A stretch of DNA of 64,000 nucleotides from Squalus acanthias (GCA_030390025.1 CM059432.1:8122001-8186000); one strand, 5' to 3'. Counted from the first letter of the stretch, positions 1 to 12,145 are shown. A program made the numbers and translations. Notes: generated by a model from the letters alone, not told the origin.

Positions 1-293
1 TCACAAACAAAGGACCATATGCTGACCACCAGGCAAAGGACCCTCTGCTGACTTCCGCCATTTTGTGTCTTCACAAACAAAGAACACACGCAGACCTCCT
101 ACATTTTGAACCATTTCACAATTTGTTCTGAACTTCGATCTCCACACTGGTAGCAGTGGTTTTATTACAGTTTCTAGAATCTTACAGAGAGTGCATGGTA
201 TTTTTTCAAACTTTGGGGTTAGCATAATGGAGCACAACTCTCTGTTCTCGTCCTGTGCGTTCCTTTGTTCCTGTGTATAGTGCTTTATCAGCT

Positions 294-965
294 GTGTCAG
301 CCGTGGCTCAGTGGGTAGCACTCTCGTCTCTGCATCAGAAGGTTGTGGGTTTAAGTCCCACTCCAGAGACTTGAGCACAAAAATCTAGGGAGTGCTGAGG
401 GAGCGCTGTCCTTTCGGATGAGACGTTAAACTGAGGTCCCATCTGCCCTCTCAGGTGGACGTGAAAGATCCTATGGCAATCTTCGAAGAAGAGCAAGGGA
501 GTTCTCCCCGGTGTCCTGCCCAATATATATACCTCAATCAGCATAACTAAAACAAAATAGATTATCTGGTCATTGACGTAAGAAAACTACTAGGTGCTTG
601 GTCTAAGCATTAAACAAAGCTTTAATCAACTGTTTTACAACATGGAGGTCTAGTTGTGTCCTTCACTAGTTCCTGTTAAGAATGTCCTGCGCAAGCTGGG
701 CCCGTGCCCGAGTATTTATACTCTCCCTGGACAGCGCCACCCGCAGGCCACTCAGTATTATTTCATAAGTCTTTCTTTCATGAATGACAGATTCATGTCA
801 GTCATTATCACATTGCTGTTTGTGGGGCCTTGCTGTGTGCGAATTGGCTGCCGCGTTTCCTACATTACAGCAGTGACTACACTTGAAAAGTACTTCATTG
901 GCTGTGAAAATGTTTTGGGACGTCCTGAGGGGGTGAAAGGTGCTATAGAGATGCAAGTACTTTAT
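294..965 (+). mobile_element. tRNA-derived DeuSINE (SacSINE1/AmnSINE1-like), interrupted by a solo-LTR-like insert
   Basis: tRNA-like head (TGGCTCAGTGG A-box, GTTTAAGTCC degenerate B-box), central CTTTCGGATGAGACGTTAAAC...AAAGATCC Deu-type domain, L2-like tail (GAAAGGTGCTATAGAGATGCAAG); homologous to copies at 10204, 43308, 51570 and 55112. Confidence 0.85.
574..800 (-). mobile_element. Solo-LTR-like element, copy 1 (227 bp)
   Basis: TGAC...GTCA termini; GTCAT duplicated at 569-573 and 801-805, splitting the SINE; minus strand has TATAAATA followed by ATTAAA; second copy at 60070. Confidence 0.75.
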
Positions 966-1804
966 TATCTACGCCTTTTATCTTTAGCCAGGATTTAATT
1001 ATTCTTAATTTAGTTTTCCACATTGACCTAGTTCTGCCCTTACAGATCAGTTCAGGTATTCCAAAGCCCGTTCCTAGTAATCACCTGGGCAAGGGCTCTG
1101 TCACAGCTCGTTATGTACTTTGTGGCCGCGACATACACTTAACCCACGTGCCACATCCACTCTTGTTTCCAACTGCTTTAGTTGTAATGATGGACAGCGC
1201 AACCTTTGCAGACCCTGTTCAGAACGCTGGTAATTATTTGATCCCTCGTGTTTGTATCAACAAAATGAACAATGTACACCGAACTGGGCTGATAAGGTCA
1301 CTGCAAGATCTCAACTTCGCTGGCTCTTATTGGAAAAGGGTAACGAAATGTTACAGAAATAGCAAGTTAATCAGAATGCATGTTGCATACCGATGGTTTT
1401 TTTTTTCCGGAAGATAGGCAGCATTTCCTGTCAGGGCTGCAAGTATTCCCTGTGAAACTGTCCATGTCCATCTGTAAGAACACTGGGGTCAATATCCTGA
1501 CAAATATGTGTCAAGCAACCAGACAAATTCTTAACTCCTTCACCTTAACTCCTCACTAAGGAACCGTCTGGGGTTTACCGCCCAGCCTATGTCTAGGAGC
1601 GAATGACGCCTCCATTTGACTCGCCAAACTGTTTGACATCACCCATGGAATTTCAATCACGGACTGGATTTGAGTTCGCCTTCCCAACCCTTAAATAGGA
1701 CATGCAGAAGCTGCGGAGTGAACGAATTAACCCGTTTTTGTCAAATAATCAACAAATGAATCAGACAGCAAGTCATGCACTAATAATTTAGTGACTTTAA
1801 AATC

Positions 1805-2945
1805 TTGTGTACAGTTTTGGTCTCCTTACCTATGGAAGGAGATACTTGCCTTAGAGTGAGTGCAACGAAGGTTCACCAGATTGATTCTTGGGATGGGGGG
1901 ATTGTCCTATGAGGAGAGATTGAGTAGACTAGGCCTATATTCTCTGGAGTTTAGAAGACTGAAAGGTGATCTCATTGAAACATATAGGCCCTGAAATTCG
2001 CCTCTCCGGCTTGCCGCGGGGGTAAGGATCGCGCGCGCATTTACCTACCGCACCTGCCGTTGACATCTGGGCCCATGGAACTTCAGCTCCTGGGCCTGCT
2101 CCAAGTGCCGGCGCGCAGTGCCTGCGTGTTCCAGGGGCGTAGTTAGTGCGATGCGTCCCCTGGGATCACGTGGGCCATGGAGAGCCAATGGCAGCAGACC
2201 ATCTTTCATTCATAGATTTGACAGGAAGACCTGTCAAATCTATGAATTGAAATCGGCCCCAAAAGAACAGCTAAACTTAAAATAAATTAAAAAAAAACCC
2301 ATCACATTTATAAAATAACTATAAGTTAAATAAATTAACTACTTTAAACAAAAAATTAACAGTGCTAAAAATAAACTTACCTTTCTTTAAAGTATTTAAA
2401 AAAGATAAACCTGTTGAAAAAATTTAAAATTATAATTAATTAACCACTTACCTTGTTGAAAACGGGTCCTGCGCCTCCTTTTTAAATGTGCAGGTTCTTC
2501 AATACTTACCCTCCTGGAGAAACCTGAAAAAAAACCTAAGTTTGCTGCGTGCACGCAGCCTCTACCGCGCACGCGGTTCACCTCTGAACCGCTCCCTTCA
2601 CCAGACCGGAAGTTCCGGTTTCCTGCGCATGTGCAGTGCATGCAGGAAACCGGCACTTCAGGAGGCCTTACGGGTGAGTACACAGCGCGTACTCACCCGG
2701 CAAGTGCCGAATTTTTGGCCCATAAAATTCTTACAGGGCTTGACAGGGTAGAAGCAGGGGGGATGTTTCCCCCTGGCTGGAGAGTCTAGAACCAGGGGTC
2801 ACAGTCTCAGGAAAAGGGGTCGGCCATTTAGGACTGAAATGAGGAGAAATTACTTCACTCAGAGGGTGGTGAATCTTTGGAATTCTCTACCCCAGAGGGC
2901 TGTGGAGGCTCAGTTGTTGAGTATATTCAAACCAGAGATCTATTT
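1805..2945 (+). mobile_element. CR1 LINE 3' fragment, split by a MITE
   Basis: CAGTTTTGGTCTCC (QFWSP), YEERL and WNSLP-coding motifs matching the intact CR1 ORF2s in this window. Confidence 0.85.
1987..2721. mobile_element. PIF/Harbinger-type MITE, family B copy 1
   Basis: Imperfect TIRs GGCCCTGAAATTCG / CGAATTTTTGGCCC; ATA 3-bp TSD (1984-1986, 2722-2724); GC-rich arms, AT-rich core; homologues at 31094 and 60581. Confidence 0.8.
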
Positions 2946-3234
2946 ACAACTTTACCACCTGGATATTAAGCGTTAAGAGAGAAAAATTGAGCAGCAGAAT
3001 GTAACAGGGCCAGCCTGGTTTTCCTACCATTTAGATTAATGGAGGGAAAAGCAGGTGGATTCTGTTACCAGTGTGCGATCCTCCCCGCCTGCATTTCCTT
3101 TCTGCACTCCATCCAGGCGACAAAGATGAAAATGTACCCCATGCTGTGAATATTCAAAAATCTATTGTTTCTCGATCCAGATATAAGTAGTCTGGTCATG
3201 TTGCTTCATTCAAGAAGTCAAAACAAAAGGTAAC

Positions 3235-3525
3235 GACACAGATTTAAGGTGATTGGCAAAAGAACCAAAGGCGGCGTAAGAAAAAACTTTTTTATGCAGC
3301 GAGTGGTTATGATCTGGAATGCACTGCCTGAGAGGGTGGTGGAGGCAGACTCAATCGTGGCTTTCAAAAGAGAATTGGATAAGTAGCTGAAGAAAATTTT
3401 TTTGCAGGGCTACGGGGAAAGGGCGGGTGAGTGGGACTAGCTGAAGCTCTCTTGCAGAGAGCCGGCACGGGCTCGACGGGCCGAATGGCCTCCTTCTGTG
3501 CTGTAACCATTCTATGATTCTATGA
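3235..3525 (+). mobile_element. CR1 LINE 3' end
   Basis: HRFKVIGKR/WNALP-coding sequence, 3' stem-loop region and (ATTCTATG)n tail. Confidence 0.85.
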
Positions 3526-4010
3526 CCGTTTTTGTTCTGTGAGTCACTAAACTATTGGTTGATGGTGACAAGTAATATGGCAGTTAAAGTAAATGATTCA
3601 TATTCAGAATATTAAAAAAAAATCACATCTTTCTCATTTTTGGTTACTTTTGACCCTATCTCTTACATTCTTCCAAAACCTCACATCATTTCCAGCCAGC
3701 AATATTGCTAATTCTGCTCTCTAACTGATTATGAGACACTGTGCAAGATCAGTGCTGATAAACTCCAATATTTTTATCCATTCTGTGCATCCTTCTAACA
3801 ACCAACTGAGTGAGGAATCACGCACCCAAATATATTGGTTCATCAACAGACTGTGCGCCAAGGTCAGATTCCCTTTGAAAAATTACCATAACTGCCCCAA
3901 AGCAGTCCTAGATGGCTTTCAGTTTCACGTAGGTTTAATTGCTTAATTTACATATCTACACACTCGTTCCAGACAGTGACTACAAAGTAAAAGATTCTTA
4001 CTCGATATTA

Positions 4011-5512
4011 AACAGCAACAACTTGGACTTATGTAGCGTCTTTAACATAGGAAAGAAGTCCCAAGGAACTTCACAGAGGCATTCAGGAAAATAGAAACTG
4101 AGCCAAAGAAGGAAACATTAGGAGGGTACACTTAAAGCTTGATCAAAGAGATGGGTTTTAAGGAGGGCCTTAAAAGGGGTGAGGAAGTGAAGGGGATTCG
4201 GGAGGGAATTCCAGGGAGTGGGACCTAGGCACATCTGCCAATGGTGGAGTGATGGGGAGATATACAAGAAAATGTAGGTCAGCAAAGAGAAGGGTGATAA
4301 ATGAACTGGACTTCGTGCAGGATGGGATAAGGACAGCAGATTTTTTGATGAGTTGAATTGGAGTGTATGACGGGAGGCTGTTCAGGAGAGCATTGGAATA
4401 TTCGATTCTGGAGGTGTAAAATGATATGGATGCAGGTTACAGTGGTAGAGGGGCTGAGGCGGGGCGGAGGTGGGCAATGTTACAGAGGTAGAAGCTGGAG
4501 GTCTTTATGATGGACAGCATATATAAGGTCAGCTCAGAGTCTAATAGGATATTAAGATTGCAAACAATCTTCAGCCTGAGCTGTCGCCAGAGAGGGGAAT
4601 AGAATCAGTGGGAAGGGTATGGAATTTGTGGCAGGTGTCAATGACAATGGCTTTCGTCTTCCCAATGTTTAGCTGAATGTTGGAGAAGCAGTCTGACAGC
4701 ACAAAGGCTGCGGGAGCGATCAAGTGAGGTGGTGGAGAGGTAGAGCTGGGTATTATCAGTGTCTTCTTCTTAGGCAGTCCCTCGGAACCGAAGATGACTT
4801 GTTTCCGCACTAAAAATGAGTTCTCAGGTGACTGATGAGTCCAATGCGGGACCTACAGTCTCTGTCACAGGTGGGGCAGACGGTGGTTGAAGGGGCGGGT
4901 GGGTGGGGTGCTTGGGTTGACGTGCGCTCCTTCTGCTGTTTGCGCTTGGCTTCCGCTTGCTCCCGGCGAAGAGACTCGAGGTATTCGACGCCTTCCCGGA
5001 TGCTTCTCCTCCACTTTGTGCGGTCTTGGGCCAGGGATTCCCAGGTGTCGGTGGGGATGTTACACTTTTTCAAGGAGGCTTTGAGGGTGTCCTTGAAGCG
5101 TTTTCCCTGTCCACCTGGGGCTCTCTTGCTGTGCCGGAGCTCCGAGTAGAGCGCTTGTTTTGGGAGTCTCGTATCGGGCATGCGGACGATGTGACCTGTC
5201 CATCGGAGCTGATCGAGAGTGGTCAGAGCTTCGATGCTGGGGATGTTGGCCTGAGCGAGAACACTGACGTTGGTGTGCCTATCCTGCCAATGGATTTACA
5301 GGATCTTGCGGAGGTAGCATTGGTGGTACCTCTCCAGTGCTTTGATTAGTGCAGTGCTTTTTTATTATCAGTGTATATTTGGAAGCTGATGCCATGTTGG
5401 CGGATGCAAGCATTTTTAACTAAAGACTGAATGCAAACTAAATTTATCGTCAAGGAGCAGCATGTAGATGAGGAAGAGAGGGGGGCACAGATGGATTCTT
5501 GAAGGACTGCGG
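4011..5512 (-). mobile_element. Degenerate L2-type LINE 3' part, split by an RTE insertion
   Basis: Minus-strand QLNIGKTKAIV RT remnant; 3' tail homologous to copies at 59660 and 62480. Confidence 0.65.
4763..5362 (-). mobile_element. 5'-truncated RTE-clade LINE
   Basis: ORF 4810-5181 (RLPKQALYSEL...GGQGKRFKDTLK...C-terminal CPTC...HLRTH zinc finger); (GAA)n tail; exact 12-bp TSD TATTATCAGTGT (4751-4762, 5363-5374). Confidence 0.85.
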
Positions 5513-6568
5513 AGATCATAGAATCATGGAATGGTTACAGCACGGAATAAGGCCATTTGGCCCGTCGAGCCCGTGCCGGCTCTCTGCAAGAGCATTTCAG
5601 CTAATCCCACTCCCCCGCCCTTTCCTCATATCCCTGCAAATGTTTTTCCTTCAGGTACTTATCCAACTCCCTTTTGAAAGCCCCGATTGAATCTGTCGCC
5701 ACCACCCTTTCAGGCAGTGCATTCCAGATCCTAACCACTCGCTGAGTAAAAATGTTTTCCCTCATGTCGCCTTTGGTTCTTCTGCCAATCACCTTAAATC
5801 TGTGTCCTCTGGTTCTCGACCCTCTGCTAATGGGAACAGTTTCTCTCTATCTACTCTGTCCAGACCCCTCATGATTTTGAACAGCTCTAGCAAATCTCCT
5901 CTCAATCTTCCCTGCTCTAAGGAGAACAAACCCAGCTTCTCCAGTCTATCCACGTAACTGAAGTCCCTCATCCCTGGAATCATTCTTGTAAATCTTTTCT
6001 ACACCCTCTCTAAGGCCTTCTCATCCTTCCTAAAGTGCAGTGCCCGGAATTGGACACAATACCCCAGTTGAGGTCGAACCAGTGTTTTATAAAGGTTCAT
6101 CATAACTTCCTTGCTTTTGTACTCTATGCCTCTATTCATGAAGCCCAGGATCCCGTAAGCTTTTTCAACCGCTTTCTCAACCTGCCCTGCCACAATTTGT
6201 GCACATATACCCCTAGGTCTCTCTGTTCATACACCCCCTTTAGGATTGTACCCTTTAGTTTATATTTCCTCTCTTCATTCTTTCTACCAAAATGTATCAC
6301 TTCGCACTTTTCTGCGTTAAATTTCATCTGCCACGTGTCCACCCATTCCACCAGCCTGTCTATGTCCTCTTGAAGTCTATCACTATCCTCCTCACTGTTC
6401 ACTATACTTCCAAGTTTTGTATCATCTGCAAATTTTGAAATTATGCCCTGTACACCCACATCCAAGTCATTAATATATATCAAGAAAAGCAGTGGTCCTA
6501 GAACCGACCCCTGGGGAACACCACTGTATACCTTCCTCGGTCCGAAAAACAACCGTTCACCACTACTC

Positions 6569-8970
6569 CAATACAATAGCAAAACACTGTGGATGCTGGA
6601 AATCTGAAGTAACAACAGAAAGTGCTGGAAACACTCAGCAGGTCAGGCAGCATCGAGGAGAGGAGAAACAGGGTCAACGTTTCGGGTCGAACCCTTCGTC
6701 AGAAGTGGAAAAGGTTAGGGAGGAGAGATTTTTAAGCAGGGGCAGGGAGGAGGGGAGGAAAGAACAAAGGGAAGGTTTGTGATAGGATGGAAGGCAGGAG
6801 AGATTGACTGACAACAGGGATGATGGTGCGAGGCAAAAGGAGAGATAATGGGACAGGTTAAGAAACAAAAGATGGCTCGAGATGATGTGTGGATGATGAC
6901 GGCAGCAACATTAACAGCTACCATGTGAGGAAAGAAGAGAAAAAAAAAAAGAAATACAGGTTATAGTCTGAAATTGTTGAACTCGATGTTAAGTCCAGAA
7001 GGCTGTAAAGTGCCTAAGAGAAAGCTGAGGTGCTGTTCCTCGAGCTTCATTGGAACAATGTAAGAGGCCAAGGACGGAGCGATCAGAGTGGGAGTGGAGC
7101 AGAGAATTAAAGTGGCAGGCGACCCACAGAACTGATTTCTTCCTATCTCGATTCTATATTTTTTCACTCCTTGTCCAGTCTCTTTCCACCTACATCCGCG
7201 ACTCTTCCGACGCCCTCCGCCACTTTAAGAGTTTACAGTTTCCTGGCCCCAACCGTCTCCTTTTCACTATGGACGTCCAATCCCTCTACACCTCCATCCC
7301 CCACCAGGATGGCCTGAGAACGCTCCGCTTCTTCCTTCAACAGAGGCCCAGCCAGTCCCCATCTACCACCACCCTCCACTGAACCTGTTCTCACAACTTC
7401 TCCTTGGACTCCACTCACTTCCTCCAAATTAAAGGTGTTGCTATGGGTACCCGCATGGGCCCTAGCTATGCCTGCCTTTTCGTGGGATATGTGGGACATT
7501 CTTTGTTCCAGTCCTACTCTGGTCCCCTCCCTCACCTCTTTTTCCGATACATTGATGACTGTATTGGTGCCATTTCCTGCTCTCGCCCTGAACTAGATAA
7601 TTTCATTCACTTTGCTTCCAATTTCTATCCTTCTCTCACCTTCACATGGTCCATCTCCAACTCTTCCCTTCCTCGACTTCTCTGTCTCCATTTCTGGCGA
7701 TAGGCTATCGACCAACATCCACTACAAGCCCACTGACTCCCACAGCTACCTGGACTACACTTCCTCCCACCCCGCTTCCTGTAAGGACTCTATTCCATTC
7801 TCCCAGTTTCTCCGTCTCTGCCGCATCTGTTCTGACGATGCCACCTTCCATACCAGTGCTTCCGGTATGTCTTCCTTTTTCCTCAACCGAGGATTCCCCT
7901 CTACTGTGGTTGACACGGCCCTCGACCGTGTCCGTTCTATCTCCCGCACTTCTGCTCTCACCCCTGCCCCTCCCTCCCGGAACTACGATAGGGTTCCCCT
8001 TGTCCTCACCTTTCACCCCACCAGCCTCCACATTCAACGGATCATCCTGCGCCATTTCCGCCACCTCCAGCGTGATCCCACCACCAAACACATCCTCCCC
8101 TCCCCTCCCTTTCAGCATTCCGAAAGGACCACTCCCTTCGCAACACCCTGGTCCACTCCTCTATCACCCACAAAACCCCTTCCCCCTCCCCTCCCCACGG
8201 CACCTTCCCATGCAAGCACAGGAGATGCAACACCTGCCCTTTTACCTCCTCCCTTCCCACTGTCCAGGGCCCCAAACACTTCTTCCAGGTGGACAGCGAT
8301 TTACTTGTACTTCTTACAATTTAGTATACTGTATTCACTGCTCACGATGCGGTCTCCTCTACATTGGGGAGACCAAACACAGATTGGGTGACCGCTTTGC
8401 AGAACACCTCCGTTCAGTCCGCAAGCGTGACCCCGAGCTTCCGGTCGCCTGTCACTTTAATTCTCCGCTCCACTCCCACTCTGACCTCACTGTCCTCGGC
8501 CTCTTCCACTGTTCCAACGAAGCTCAACGTAAGCTCGAGGAACAGCACCTCATCTTTCGATTAGGCACTTTACAGCCTTCTGGACTCAACATCGAGTTCA
8601 ACAATTTCAGATCATAACCTGTATTTCTTTATATATTTTTTTCTCTTGTTTCCTCACATGGTAGCTGTTAGTGTTGCTGCCGTCATCATCCACACATCAT
8701 CTCGAGCCATCTTTTGTTTCTTAACTTGTCCCATTGCCATCTCCTTTTGCCTTGCACCATCATCCCTTTTGTTTCAATCTCTCCTGCCTTCCATCCTATC
8801 ACAGACCTTCCCTTTGTTCTTTCCTCCCCTCCTCCCTGCCCCTGCTTAAAAATCTCTCCTCCTAACCTTTTCCACTTCTGACGAAGGGTTCGACCCAAAG
8901 TGTTGACTCTGTTCCTCCTCTCCTCGATGCTGCCTGACCTGCTGAGTGTTTCCAGCACTTTCTGTTGTTA
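6569..8970 (+). mobile_element. Penelope-like retroelement family A: inverted pseudo-LTR (6569-~7125, minus) plus 5'-truncated RT/GIY-YIG body and pLTR (~7130-8970, plus)
   Basis: MDVQSLYTSIP, GVAMGTRMGPSYA and FRYIDD RT motifs; LVYCIHC...LYIGET GIY-YIG; the 3' ~550 bp is repeated in inverted orientation; 13-bp TSD TTCACCACTACTC/TTCATCACTGCTC (6556-6568, 8971-8983, 2 mismatches). Confidence 0.92.
7166..8617 (+). pseudogene. Penelope-like RT + GIY-YIG endonuclease ORF, frameshifted and 5'-truncated
   Basis: Protein spread over ORFs 7050-7382, 7404-7703, 7612-8391 and 7646-8617; ends LGTLQPSGLNIEFNNFRS*. Confidence 0.9.
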
Positions 8971-10203
8971 TTCATCACTGCTCTCTGTTTCCTGTCACTG
9001 AGCCAGTTTTGTATCCATGCTGCCACTGTCCCTTTTATTCCATGGGCTTCAACTTTGCTGGCAAGCCTTATTATGTGGGCACTTTGTTGAATGCCTTTTG
9101 AAAATCCATGTACACTACATCAACCGCATTGCCCTCATCGACCCTCTCCATTACCTCATCAAAAAACTCGATCAAGTTGGTTAAATATGATTTTACTTTA
9201 ACAAATCCGTGCTGGCTTTCCTTAATTAATCCACACTTGTCCAAGTGACTGTTAATTTTGTCCCTGATTATTGTTTCTAAAAGCTTCCCCACTACCGAGG
9301 TTAAACTGACTGGCCTGTAGTTGCTGGGTTTATCTTTACACCCTTTTTTGAACATTTGCAATGCTGGATTTGGGTTGGGAAGAGAAGCAATTGCTAATGA
9401 GGGTCTGGATACAATCTGTTAAAAATGGAACTAAGTGAGGGCAATCCCAAAGTAATACATTGAGAGATTTTTTTTAACGTGATGTTCTGAGGGTCTTCTC
9501 TGTCGGAGGGAATATTGCCAGAGTTACCCTGTACCAATCTTGTACATTATGGAACCAGGAGAACTGAAATGGGCAGTGGCTGGTAGGGAGAGGGTCTAAG
9601 AAAATCTTCAAAATAGTAACATCCACTCTCTGTTGATACTTGGAGGCAATTCAGTGAATATTTGTGAACCCTCATTAACATCTGAAAAAGCAGAATCCAT
9701 AGGAAGAGGATGTGCCTTTGCAGTGAAACTTGACAGTGATCCTATCACAGATATTGTGGGACTGAATGTTCCTCTTTCAGATCTTGCAATGAGTAATTCA
9801 GCAAATATGTGAGTCCATGGGGACTGCAAGCTGGCAGATGCCAGAAAAGTTGTCCGTATATTTATAAATAACCGTTCTATATGGTTGACTGTTTTATTGT
9901 GATGCAGCCCTCTGACCCAGAGTATTCTGTGCTGTGACTGGTATATCTAATAATAAAGTAATCCTGCCCCAGGCTATAACTACAATCATGTTGTACTCTT
10001 TGAGTAGTGACTGAAGATGGGACATTTGTGTTACAAACTGTCGCACCTAGGGGAAGGAAGGTTGACATTTTGAATGGGTTTTATTTTTGCTTGAAACTAG
10101 TAATGCAGTGCAGCAAATGTAGATTTTTGTCAGAAGTCTGGTACTTTCTCTGGATTTGTATCACATTGTGAATTTGGCATCAGTACGAGCTCTTTAACAC
10201 AAG

Positions 10204-10626
10204 GTGTCAGCTGTGGCTCAGTGGGCAGCACACTTGCCTCTGAGCGTCAGAAGGTTGTAGGATCAAGTCCCACTCCAGGGAACTTGAACACATAAAGCTA
10301 GGCTGACACTCCAGTGCAGTGCTGAGGGAGTGCTACACTGTCGGAGGTGCCGTCTTTTAGATGAAGATGTTAAAACGAGGCCCCGTCTGTGCTCTCAGGT
10401 GGACATAAAAGATCCCATGGCCACTATTTTGCAGGGGAGTTATCCCTGGTGTCCTGGCCAATATTTATCCCTCAACCAACATCACTCAAACAGATTAACT
10501 GGTCATTATCACATTGCTGCTTCTCGGAGCTTGCTGTGTGCAAACTGGCTGCCACATTTCGTACATTCCAACAGTGACTGTACTTCATTGGCTGTAAAGC
10601 GCTTTGGGATGTCCGGTGGCCGTGAC
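10204..10626 (+). mobile_element. tRNA-derived DeuSINE, 3'-truncated
   Basis: Same head and central domain as 294-965. Confidence 0.85.
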
Positions 10627-10895
10627 TTTTAGGGCTAAAATTTGAGGGCGCTAAGTTTGCCGGGGTGCTACTACCCGGAAAAATTAGCGCCCCCGCACCA
10701 GAAATTGAGTGGTTGCGCCCTGCATCCCTCTTGGGGCGCTGCGAGTCAATATCGCGGCGCTATGTGCCGTGGTACTGCAGGCCTTCCTCCCCTTCTTAAA
10801 TGTGGAGATGCCGGTGTAGGACTGGGGTGGACTGGGGTGGACAAATGTGAGAAGTCGCACAACACCAGGTTATAGTCCAACAGCTTTATTTGAAA

Positions 10896-10932
10896 TCACA
10901 AGCTTTCGGAGCGCTGCTCCTTCGTCAGGTGA
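10896..10932 (-). ncRNA. Minimal type I hammerhead ribozyme (PLE family B)
   Basis: TCAC-CTGACGA-a-GGAGC-agc-GCTCC-GAAA-GCT-T-GTGA: intact core boxes, stems I and II, palindromic AGCT stem III. Confidence 0.85.
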
Positions 10933-11254
10933 AGTGAAGAGATGCATATAGTCACAGCATATATAGTCAGAGAACACTGCCAGATGACTACAGTTAATCT
11001 TTCCAACTGCCCTTTATCACACCTCGGCAGAGAGATAATCACGGCAATCAAAGGTGTGGATGGTGTCCAAACAGGTCAGTCAGGAAAACATTACATCAAA
11101 GACAATGAGGTGGGGTCACAAGGGGTCAAATGTGGCAGATGCTGGGGTCTGTATGGAAAACAAAAAACTTTTTTTGCTGGAAATCACAGCAGGTCCGGCC
11201 GCATCTGTGTAGAGAGAACAAGCCAACGACGACTCGAGTCTGGATGACTCTACG

Positions 11255-12145
11255 TCAGGTGGGGTTACATGTAGTGTGACATGAACCCAAGATCCCTGTT
11301 GAGGCCGTCCTCATGGGTGTGAACTTGGCTATCAGTTTCTGCTCGACAATTTTGCGTTGTCCTGTGTCTCGAAGGCCGCCTTGGAGAACGCTTACCCAAA
11401 GATCGGAGGCTGAATGTCCTTGACTGCTGAAGTGTTCCCTGTCTGGGATGGAACACTCCTGCCTGGCGATTGTTGCGCGGTGTCCGTTCATATGTTGTCG
11501 CAGTGTCTGCATGGTCTCGCCGATGTACCATGCTCCGGGGCATCCTTTCCTGCAACGTATGAGGTAGACAACGTTGGCCGAGTCACATGAGTATGTACCA
11601 TGTACCTGGTGGGTGGTGGTGTCCTCACGTGTGATGATGGTATCTGTGTTGATGATCTGGCATGTCTTGCAGAGGTTGCCGTGGCAGGGTTGTGTGGTGT
11701 CGTGGTCGCTGTTCTCCTGAAAGCTGGGTAATCTGCTGCGAACGATGGTCTGTTTGAGGTTAGGCGGCTGTTTGAAGGCGAGTAGTGAGGGCGTGGGGAT
11801 GGCCTTAGCGAGGTGTTCGTCATCATCGATGACATGTTGAAGGCTGCGAAGAACATGGCGTAGTTTCTCCGCTCCGGGGAAGTACTGGACGATGTAGGGT
11901 ACTCTGTTGGTTGTGTCCCGTGTTTGTCTTCTGAGGAGGTCTATGCGATTTTTCGCTGTGGCCCGTCGGAACTGTCGATCGACGAGTCGAGCGTCATATC
12001 CCGTTCTTACGAGGGCGTCTTTCAGCGTCTGTAGGTGTCCATCGCGTTCCTCCTCGTCTGAGCAGATCCTGTGTATTCGCAGGACTTGTCCATAGGGGAT
12101 GGCTTCTTTAACGTGGTTAGGGTGGAATCTGGAGAAGTGGAGCAT
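11255..12145 (-). pseudogene. Penelope-like C-terminal RT thumb/linker and GIY-YIG endonuclease (truncated; frameshift near the C-terminus)
   Basis: 296-aa ORF with HP...IPYGQ..R..RICS, CxxxxCKTC and GIY-YIG motifs. Confidence 0.9.

Larger units (their letters stand above)
5515..9355 (-). mobile_element. Frameshifted CR1 LINE (RT to 3' end), split by a Penelope-like insertion
   Basis: ORF pieces 9071-9361 (NYRPVSLTS, SQHGF), 6136-6615 (GVPQGSVLGP, FADDTK), 5999-6193, 5789-5983 and 5601-5792; the CR1 sequence resumes across the insertion. Confidence 0.9.

Noticed and set aside
1..378. 125-aa minus-strand ORF
   Set aside because: It starts inside the antisense SINE head, and the rest has no recognisable motif or clear splice sites.
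2166..2189. ER-stress element (CCAAT + CCACG) in MITE family B
   Set aside because: The arrangement is ATTGG-N11-CCACG, which fits neither ERSE (CCAAT-N9-CCACG) nor ERSE-II (ATTGG-N-CCACG).
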